Shown here one piece after another: positions 56,903 to 64,000 of a stretch of DNA of 64,000 nt. The translations under genes and the position numbers were made by a program. Position 1 is the first letter of the stretch. Each line of letters starts with the position of its first letter. The notes under the pieces are model-generated. The model was not told where the DNA came from, did no database searches, and saw nothing but the letters and a program-made list of their open reading frames with translations. The stretch comes from Patescibacteria group bacterium (lineage in GTDB: Bacteria > Patescibacteriota > Minisyncoccia > Minisyncoccales > Staskawiczbacteraceae), in NCBI GenBank assembly GCA_018895235.1, contig JAHIOM010000013.1, forward strand, positions 6,527 to 70,526, written 5' to 3'.

Positions 56903-57358
56903 TCATTTTCTCTTTTTTCTTGCCTTTTTTATCTCACCTTCCAGTGCACTTATATTTATTTCTAGCTCCATATTTTCTCTTTCTAGTATCTTTTGTTCTC
57001 TTTTTACATCTCTTGCTCTTTTTTGAAAGGCCTCTACAACCGCAGTCAACCTCTTTTGGTCCCTATTACGGCATTCTATATCGTGCTGTAGTGATTTAAT
57101 CACCACAAATAAAGTAGCCACAAGGCCCTTAAGACCTTCAGATTCTGTAACAGAAAGCAATTCGTCATCTATATTTAGTTCTTCTAAGAAGAAATGGATA
57201 TTTTCTTCAACCCGACGCAAGAGTAGAAATAGGCTGGTTTTTCCCTTCGCTACTTTTTCTTTTTCTTGCTGTAACTCATTAATCCTTTGAATCAACAGTG
57301 ATACATCGCTAGATGGGACTTCTTCTGCTAAATTAAAATTTCTACCCTTGCCATCCAT
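56903..57358 (-). CDS. coiled-coil protein (hypothetical)
   Basis: 151 aa, heptad-rich, Lys/Arg-rich C-terminus. Confidence 0.35.
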   Translation of the reverse strand: MDGKGRNFNLAEEVPSSDVSLLIQRINELQQEKEKVAKGKTSLFLLLRRVEENIHFFLEELNIDDELLSVTESEGLKGLVATLFVVIKSLQHDIECRNRDQKRLTAVVEAFQKRARDVKREQKILERENMELEINISALEGEIKKARKKRK

Positions 57359-57445
57359 CTTTTTGTCTCCTTCCTTTGATAAAACCGCTATTAAGTTGTC
57401 AGGGTGCTATTTACCCGGTTAAATAGGCCTTCGGCCTAAAATCTT

Positions 57446-58936
57446 TCAGATTTTATTTAACTGGGTGAATTTATTATTTAATTTTGGAAACAATAGTTTT
57501 CCTTTTTTTATTCTAAACTTTAAAAACTTTTTGTCAAAAGGACTAACGCCTAACTGGTCAAAAATCTTTTCAGCGGTTTCTGGCAAAAAGGACTGAAGAA
57601 GTTTTGCAATATGCGCCAGAGAAACCAATAAATTATAAATAACTTTTGGCTCTTTTGTCTCCCAGGGTTTTTTTATCTCGATATACTTATCACAAAAACC
57701 AATAAGATCCCAAATCGCTTTTAACGATTCGTTGAACTTAAAATTATCCAGTGCGCTTTTGCAATTATAATGGGTTTTTTTAATTTCTTTTTCAAATTCC
57801 GGCTCTATTTTCTCTATTCCCCCTAACTTGGTTTTTTCTGCTACTGTAAGTACTCTGGCAACCAGGTTTCCAATGCCGCCCGCTAAATCAGCATTATATT
57901 TCTCCTCGAATTTCGGGTATGTAAAATCGCCGTCATCAGTTGGCGAGATTTCTCTTAAAAGATAATATCTTACGGCATCTGTCCCGTATTTTTTAACCAA
58001 AGGAAAAGGATCAACCACATTTCCTAAAGATTTTGACATTTTTTGATTGTCGGCGGTTAAATAACCGTGAACAAAAATCCTCTCAGGTAATGCTAATCTT
58101 GCTGAAAGAAGTATCGCAATCCAGTATATCCCATGAAATCTTAAAATTCCCTTTCCTATGACATGCAATTTATTTTCGTTTTTTTGCCACCATTCTTGAA
58201 ATTTCTTGCTATCTTCTGCATATCCCAAAGCATTAATATAGTTACTCAAAGCATCAAACCAAGTCCATAAAACTTGAGTTGAATCTTCTGGGACCGGAAT
58301 TCCCCAACCGCGTCCGCGTTCCGCTAAACGAGAAATACAAATATCTTTAAGGCCTGAATTAATAAAACTTATAACTTCATTTTTTCGTGTTTGAGGAATT
58401 ATTTTAACTTCATCTTTTTCAATAATTTTTTTTAATTGGTTTCGATATTTTGAAAGTTTAAAAAAGTAGTTCTCTTCTTTAATTAATTCTGGTTTCGTTT
58501 TGTGCTCTGGGCAAAGGCCGTTTACTAATTCGTTTTCTTTATAGAATTCTTCGCATCCAACACAATAAAGACCTTGATAAGTTTTTTTGTAAATATCTTT
58601 TTGACAGGCTTTCCATAATTTTTGAGCTCCTTCAATATGTCTTACTTCGGTCGTTCTTATAAAATCGTCAAGAGATAAATCTAAAACTTCTTTCAGGTCG
58701 TAAAACTTTTTGGCATTTCTATTAACTAATTCTCTTGTGCTTATGCCTTCTTTTCCAGCTGCTTGAACATTTTTTAGAGAGTTTTCATCTGTGCCAGTCA
58801 AGAAAAAAACATTCTCGCCTAAAAAACGGTGATAACGTGCCAAAACATCCGCTTGAATTTTCTCTAAGGCGTGCCCTGCGTGGGGAAATGAATTTACATA
58901 ATCTATTGCTGTAGTAATCAGGAAGGATTTTTTCAT
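57446..58936 (-). CDS. metG: methionyl-tRNA synthetase (core, no C-terminal dimerisation domain)
   Basis: HIGH-class SFPHAGHALE, zinc knuckle CVGCEEF...CPEH, KMSKSLGN. Confidence 0.9.
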   Translation of the reverse strand: MKKSFLITTAIDYVNSFPHAGHALEKIQADVLARYHRFLGENVFFLTGTDENSLKNVQAAGKEGISTRELVNRNAKKFYDLKEVLDLSLDDFIRTTEVRHIEGAQKLWKACQKDIYKKTYQGLYCVGCEEFYKENELVNGLCPEHKTKPELIKEENYFFKLSKYRNQLKKIIEKDEVKIIPQTRKNEVISFINSGLKDICISRLAERGRGWGIPVPEDSTQVLWTWFDALSNYINALGYAEDSKKFQEWWQKNENKLHVIGKGILRFHGIYWIAILLSARLALPERIFVHGYLTADNQKMSKSLGNVVDPFPLVKKYGTDAVRYYLLREISPTDDGDFTYPKFEEKYNADLAGGIGNLVARVLTVAEKTKLGGIEKIEPEFEKEIKKTHYNCKSALDNFKFNESLKAIWDLIGFCDKYIEIKKPWETKEPKVIYNLLVSLAHIAKLLQSFLPETAEKIFDQLGVSPFDKKFLKFRIKKGKLLFPKLNNKFTQLNKI

Positions 58937-58948
58937 ATAATTAATTTC

Positions 58949-60235
58949 TTATTTTAATCTAAATATTACATTCTTCAAACCATTTAATAAATCTTTTTTA
59001 CGTTTTTTATGTTTTATCAAAGGCTTTAAATAATTAAAGAGTTTTAATAAAGATTTCCGCTCGTTCACAATAACGGCCCAAGAATCTTTATGTCGCGAAA
59101 CGCCTCTTTTATCTATTCCAGATTTTTTATCTAATCTAAATAAACTCTTTATATTAAATCTATTTAGTTTTTTATTAATATCTCGCAAAACCTCTTTATC
59201 GTAAGATCTAATCCTGAATTTCGCTCGCCTTCCACAAAATCCAATATTCCCTTCAGCATCTGTATAACCAGCTAAAAAACTGAAAAAGTTCTTTTTATTT
59301 CTTAAAATCCATTTCGGAATTAAGTTGTATTTTGGTAATAAAAAACTAAAAGATGAATTTAAAGAACAACCAACATGGACAGCGCCTCTTTTATCTTTAT
59401 TCCCCACATAGATTGGTCCGAAAGGACCAAATACAGTTTTTATAAGTTCCACTTGATCCTCTTTAGTAGTACCACAACCGATATTAATTAAATTATAATC
59501 TTTTCTCACTCCTAAATCGCCTATTCTAAACCCTATCATATACGCTTTCTCATCCAATTTGCCACTAAAATCACTTTTTATATGGCGAGTGCTAGTTTCC
59601 GAAATAGTCCTTCTAGGAATTTTATATCTTCTCATTTTATCTAAAATAACCGCTGGACAACATTTATGAATATTCGCAATTTTACTTAATGAAAGTTTTT
59701 TCTTTAAATAAAGTTTTTCTAATTGATTCTTTGTTATTTGAATCCTTTTTAATGGCCGAGTTTTAATTTTATATAATCTTAAATATCGATAAGATGTCCC
59801 TGAACCACAAAGATATATTTTTGCAATTTTGTATGCAGAAAGCTTCTGTTTTGTGTATAGTTTTTTTAATTCTTCTTTGGGTATATCAAGTTTTTCTTTG
59901 GGATGCCTTATAGAAATACCATATTTTCTTAATCTGTTTAAAACAGCGGTTTGTTCGCAATGACAGATTTTAGCTATTTTTTTACTGGAAAATCCTTTTT
60001 TAATGTAAAGTTCGTAGAGAGATTTTTCAGATATACTAATTCTTTTCGGACCCGAATGTCTTCTTTTTATACCATATTCTCTCATTCGGTTTATTATTGT
60101 GCCAGTAGTACAATTAAAAATTTTTGCAATTTTAAAAATACTTAGCTTTTGTTTACAATAAAGGTTTTTTAACTTCTTTTTTAATATAACATATTTTTTC
60201 TTTGCCATTAAATATATTATATCAAAACTTTTCAA
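58949..60235 (-). CDS. LAGLIDADG homing endonuclease with four N-terminal HTH-like repeats
   Basis: Repeats of the L(Y)xK(Q/K)KLSxxKIAKIxxC...YGIKxR type, then two LAGLIDADG-type motifs (MIGFRIGDLGV and FLAGYTDAEGNI). Confidence 0.6.
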   Translation of the reverse strand: MKSFDIIYLMAKKKYVILKKKLKNLYCKQKLSIFKIAKIFNCTTGTIINRMREYGIKRRHSGPKRISISEKSLYELYIKKGFSSKKIAKICHCEQTAVLNRLRKYGISIRHPKEKLDIPKEELKKLYTKQKLSAYKIAKIYLCGSGTSYRYLRLYKIKTRPLKRIQITKNQLEKLYLKKKLSLSKIANIHKCCPAVILDKMRRYKIPRRTISETSTRHIKSDFSGKLDEKAYMIGFRIGDLGVRKDYNLINIGCGTTKEDQVELIKTVFGPFGPIYVGNKDKRGAVHVGCSLNSSFSFLLPKYNLIPKWILRNKKNFFSFLAGYTDAEGNIGFCGRRAKFRIRSYDKEVLRDINKKLNRFNIKSLFRLDKKSGIDKRGVSRHKDSWAVIVNERKSLLKLFNYLKPLIKHKKRKKDLLNGLKNVIFRLK

Positions 60236-60394
60236 TATAATCCATAGCTGTTGTAATGTAAAATGTAATCCAGTTTATCAACTCGCTCCACTAAAATTTT
60301 GGCGGGGAGGCGAGATCGGGTCTCGTTATTTTTATTTTTTTGTTTTTTTCTGTTACAGGTTATAATAATTCTGTCATAACACTATTAAAATTCC

Positions 60395-60862
60395 ATGATT
60401 TTTATAGTGCATTTAATTATTGGCGCGGCTATTGCCTCAAAAATTAAATTCTTACCGTTAGTGATCTTACTAGCTCTTTTGAGCCATTATTTTTTGGATT
60501 CTTTGCCGCATGCCGAATATTCAATTAAGAATATAAAAGAGAAAAAATGGAACAAGTCAAAATTAGATTTTCTAAAGTTAACCTTAGATCTAACGGCAGG
60601 GCTAATTATTATTTTAATTGTTTATTTTACAGTTAAAATAAATCACACTATTCTTTTCGCCGCCTGTTTTTTTGCTGTTCTGCCTGATATTTTGGTTGTT
60701 TTTAATTGGATGTTTCCAAACAACGATCTTTTAAAAAAACATTTCAACTTTCACCACAGAATTCACTTTCCTGAAGATAAAAAAATCCCCGCCCGGGAGA
60801 AATTGATTATAGAATTGTTAGTGGTTTTATTGGGTTTTCTTCTCTTACTGGTTAAGGTTTAA
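60395..60862 (+). CDS. membrane protein, YdjM/DUF457-like
   Basis: Four TM helices and SHYFLDSLPH, matching the YdjM-type motif. Confidence 0.4.
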   Translation: MIFIVHLIIGAAIASKIKFLPLVILLALLSHYFLDSLPHAEYSIKNIKEKKWNKSKLDFLKLTLDLTAGLIIILIVYFTVKINHTILFAACFFAVLPDILVVFNWMFPNNDLLKKHFNFHHRIHFPEDKKIPAREKLIIELLVVLLGFLLLLVKV

Positions 60863-61896
60863 ATCATTTGAGCTGCCTGCTCTTCTTTTCTTTTCTCTAA
60901 AAATTCTTTTATAAACTCATATAAGATGCCGAAAACCGGCACTGCAAAAATCGCTCCCAAAAATCCAAAAATTTGAGCACCTATCACCACAGAAAGTAAA
61001 ACTAAAATAGGGGGCAACCCGACAAACTTCTTTGTTAGAACGGGCGATATAATATTGCCTTCAATCTGCTGAATCACAATAAAAGCCGCAAGGACAATAA
61101 GCGCTTTTAACCAAGAATCAGCTACCGTTATGAAAAGTACCAACAGCAAGCCGGTCACAGCTGGCCCCAAAAATGGAATGAAGTTTAAAACACCTGCTAA
61201 AAAAGCCAAAATAAAAGTATATTTTACTTTAAAAAGATAAAAAACAATAAAGGAAGCAACCGCAACAAATAAACAAGCAAGAACCCGTGCCCCAAACCAA
61301 CCGCTTACTTTAACTTGGCATCTTTCAAAAAGAGCCAAAACATATTCTTCGTATTTTTTGGGTGACAAAAGACCGACAACCCGTTCCACTCCTTTTCTCT
61401 CTAAAGAAAGGAAAAAAGCCAAAGACAGTACAAAAAACGTTGAAACAACTCCGCCAAAAAAAGTAGTAAGAGCGTTTAAAACACCTACCGAGATTTTTTC
61501 TAAGTTTCCGGTAACCGTCTGAATAAAGCTCTCCAAACTCTGGAGGGCTTCAATTTTTAGTTCCTGGAACATCGGACTGACTTTTTCAAAATATTGAGGA
61601 ACCAACTGAGAAAATTGCCTGACCTCGGTGATAAAAATAGGCGCTGTCAAATAGATAATCAAGCCAAGTGCTCCAAAAATTGATAAATAAGTGAAAATCA
61701 CGGCTAAAACTTTTGGTACGCGGAACCATCGTAAAAAATTAACTATCGGATTAAGCAAAACCGAAATTATTAAAGCGAAGAAAAACCAAAGAACAACATC
61801 TCTAACAAGGTATAAAAGATAAAAAACAGAGCCGGCTAAAAAAACCTTTAAGATTGTTTCCCAAGAAATGTCTAGTTTGTACAATTGATTTTCCAT
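60859..61896 (-). CDS. AI-2E-family transporter (PerM/YhhT-like, UPF0118)
   Basis: Eight predicted TM helices with AI-2E architecture. Confidence 0.7.
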   Translation of the reverse strand: MENQLYKLDISWETILKVFLAGSVFYLLYLVRDVVLWFFFALIISVLLNPIVNFLRWFRVPKVLAVIFTYLSIFGALGLIIYLTAPIFITEVRQFSQLVPQYFEKVSPMFQELKIEALQSLESFIQTVTGNLEKISVGVLNALTTFFGGVVSTFFVLSLAFFLSLERKGVERVVGLLSPKKYEEYVLALFERCQVKVSGWFGARVLACLFVAVASFIVFYLFKVKYTFILAFLAGVLNFIPFLGPAVTGLLLVLFITVADSWLKALIVLAAFIVIQQIEGNIISPVLTKKFVGLPPILVLLSVVIGAQIFGFLGAIFAVPVFGILYEFIKEFLEKRKEEQAAQMI

Positions 61897-61901
61897 CGCT
61901 T

Positions 61902-63167
61902 TTAAATTTTTAGCAGCTTATTAAACTTTTCCTTTTCTTTAAACGGTCCAATAAGCGCTAAATTTAACTTCTTTGGCTTAAAAATGTCTTCTGCTACCTT
62001 CTTTATATCATTTATAGTAACCCGGTCAATCTTCTTAAATATTTGGTTTGGGCTAAGAATCTCTTTTTTTAATAACTCTTGCGAAGTATAAAAAGATGAT
62101 TGGCTGTCAGACGATTCTAATGATAAAAAAACATTACCTTTGTAATAGTCTTTTGCTTTTTTTAGTTCTTCTTTAGTTATTAAATTATTCTTGAAAAACC
62201 GGTATTCTTTTAGGATTAATCTAATAACCTCCCCAACGTTTTTGTGGTCCACTCCGGCCGAAGTAACCAAACACCCGGTATCAGTATTGCTTTCGGGACT
62301 GGTCCTAACATAATAAGCCAAACCCTTTCTTTCTCTTATTTTGATAAAAAGGCGTGAACTCATATTTCCCCCCAAGATGGTGGCCAAAAGAATCAAGGCA
62401 TATTTTTGAGGATGGAAGAGATTATATGCTCTAACTCCCAAACAAAGATGGGTCTGGTCGGTTTCTTTAAAATAAACCAGACTTTCGGGCTTTTCTTGTT
62501 TTTCTTTTACTTTTATTTTTTGTTCGTGAACAATATTACTGATTTTTTTAAAATGTTTTTCTATTTTATCTTCAATAAGACGGGGGCTGATGTCTCCGGC
62601 AGCGCAAACTATGGTGTTGGAGGCAGTGTAATGATTTTTCAGATAATCCACAAGTTTATTCCTGGTCATATTTTGAATATTTTCCTTTTCACCGATAACT
62701 CGCCAACCGGCCGGTTGGTTCCCGTAAAGCACTTTTTCCCAAAGATCTGAGATATAAGAAACAGGGGTATCCAAATACATATTAAGTTCTTCAATTATCA
62801 CCCCTTTTTCTCTTTCTATTTCTTTTGTTTCTAATTTGGAATTCAAGAAAATGTCGGAAACCCATTCCAAGGCAATATCTTGATGGGGACTGGCAACTTT
62901 TGCCCAATAACCGGTCATTTCATTTGAAGTAAAAGCATTATATTCACCGCCAACCCTATCCAGGGTTTCAGCAATCTCTAGAGTATTTGATCTTTTTTTC
63001 GTCCCCTTAAAAAACATGTGCTCCAAAAAATGGGAAATGCCGTTTATTTCTTTTGTTTCATATTTTGAACCGACCCCGACCAGTACCAAAAAATTCACCG
63101 TTTTGGTGTTTTTCATCGGAATGGTAATAATCCTTAAGCCATTTTTAAGAATTGTTTTTTTGAACAT
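61902..63167 (-). CDS. M16-family zinc peptidase (the ORF extends to 63194; the likely start is M10)
   Basis: Inverted zinc motif HFLEHMFFKGT (HxxEH). Confidence 0.8.
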   Translation of the reverse strand: MFKKTILKNGLRIITIPMKNTKTVNFLVLVGVGSKYETKEINGISHFLEHMFFKGTKKRSNTLEIAETLDRVGGEYNAFTSNEMTGYWAKVASPHQDIALEWVSDIFLNSKLETKEIEREKGVIIEELNMYLDTPVSYISDLWEKVLYGNQPAGWRVIGEKENIQNMTRNKLVDYLKNHYTASNTIVCAAGDISPRLIEDKIEKHFKKISNIVHEQKIKVKEKQEKPESLVYFKETDQTHLCLGVRAYNLFHPQKYALILLATILGGNMSSRLFIKIRERKGLAYYVRTSPESNTDTGCLVTSAGVDHKNVGEVIRLILKEYRFFKNNLITKEELKKAKDYYKGNVFLSLESSDSQSSFYTSQELLKKEILSPNQIFKKIDRVTINDIKKVAEDIFKPKKLNLALIGPFKEKEKFNKLLKI

Positions 63168-63171
63168 AATT

Positions 63172-63951
63172 TTAAAATTTCGCCAATATACCAACTTCTG
63201 TTAAATACCATTTCCAAACTTTATTACTGCCTAAGATTCTAAATCCCTCTTTTTGGAATAATTTTGATAATTCCGATAGCGCAAGCGGCCTTTCATCTGG
63301 AAAACGCCAAATACCCAAAAATTCCTGAAAAGACCGCCAAAATTTATAACTTAACGATGAGGTAGGAACGTAACTTATAACCCAGCCATCTTTTTTAATG
63401 TTTTTTTTGTGAATTTTTATAATTTCCTCTTGCTCTTCCGGCGAAAAATGTTCCAAAACTCCGGAATTATGGATTAAATCAAACTTTTCTTTTAAATTAA
63501 GGTGACGGATATCTGCTTGAATAAATTTTACTGAAATGTTTTTATCAAAGAAAAATTTTTTGCTTTTCTCTAAAATTTTTTCGTTGAAATCAACTAAAAC
63601 TATTTCGGAAACCGGCAAGATTTTTGATATCCAAAAAGAATTTCTCCCCGAACCGCTTCCCAGTTCTAAAATTTTCCCTCCTTTTACCGGCCAGTCATTT
63701 TTTATTTGTTTGATAAACTTTTTATATCCCTTAAACACCCCATATGGAAAAATAAATGAACCCAAATATTTATCCCAATTGGTTGCTTTTCTTTTTTGAA
63801 TATTTTTCTCTCTGCCCATAAATAAAATCCTTCTGAAAACTAAAATGATTCTTATTTTCAAAACATGGAATATAAGCTTTATTCTTTGCCAAGAACCTTT
63901 AAAAATCCCCCATTTTTTTTCTTTTATAACGTGGTCTAAATTATTGAGCAA
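63172..63951 (-). CDS. class I SAM-dependent methyltransferase (start uncertain; an internal Met lies at 63819)
   Basis: Motif I ILELGSGSGRNS and downstream motifs II-III. Confidence 0.7.
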   Translation of the reverse strand: MLNNLDHVIKEKKWGIFKGSWQRIKLIFHVLKIRIILVFRRILFMGREKNIQKRKATNWDKYLGSFIFPYGVFKGYKKFIKQIKNDWPVKGGKILELGSGSGRNSFWISKILPVSEIVLVDFNEKILEKSKKFFFDKNISVKFIQADIRHLNLKEKFDLIHNSGVLEHFSPEEQEEIIKIHKKNIKKDGWVISYVPTSSLSYKFWRSFQEFLGIWRFPDERPLALSELSKLFQKEGFRILGSNKVWKWYLTEVGILAKF

Positions 63952-64000
63952 AACACGTTTAACCGGCAGGTTTTTAGCAAAACAATAATAATTAAGCGCA

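Noticed and set aside
1-64000. CRISPR arrays, rRNA genes, integrases/transposases
   Set aside because: No regularly spaced direct repeats, rRNA signatures or recognisable recombinase genes were seen anywhere in the window.

Overview
This is an AT-rich bacterial chromosomal segment, roughly 33-36% GC by eye, with densely packed, mostly minus-strand genes. The gene content is reminiscent of small-genome Patescibacteria/CPR-like bacteria (inference). Core genes seen: clpB, an aromatic amino-acid block (DAHP synthase, two tyrA-like genes, pheA, aminotransferase, tyrS, tRNA-Tyr), htrA, comEC, nrdDG, ftsAZ, ybeY, rpsU, hisS, lepB, pth, mfd (N-truncated), dprA, topA, rel/spoT, tRNA-Leu, folD, glyA, tsaC, iorAB, leuS, tatD, csrA, metG.

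The outstanding feature is a complete diversity-generating retroelement (DGR) at about 32.4-35.3 kb. It comprises a reverse transcriptase with the DGR-type [I/L]GxxxSQ motif, a divergently oriented Avd-like four-helix-bundle protein, a 115-bp template repeat (TR), and a GC-rich target gene whose 3' end carries a variable repeat (VR). The VR differs from the TR almost only at TR adenines, and the TR encodes AAC codons at those positions. A C10 homopolymer sits exactly where an avd start codon would be chosen.

Other notable items:
- a family of ~65-bp repeat elements (conserved arms plus a structure-conserving central hairpin) placed directly upstream of start codons;
- a ~480-bp intergenic block of nested perfect inverted repeats ending in a tRNA-like GGTTCGAATCC motif;
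- two free-standing LAGLIDADG homing endonucleases next to tRNA-Leu and metG;
- a RelE/Phd toxin-antitoxin pair with a palindromic operator;
- an HtrA-like pseudoprotease with all three catalytic residues replaced;
- a tightly packed four-gene small-protein operon with a FlgM-like anti-sigma domain, close to csrA;
- several GC-rich, probably horizontally acquired genes.
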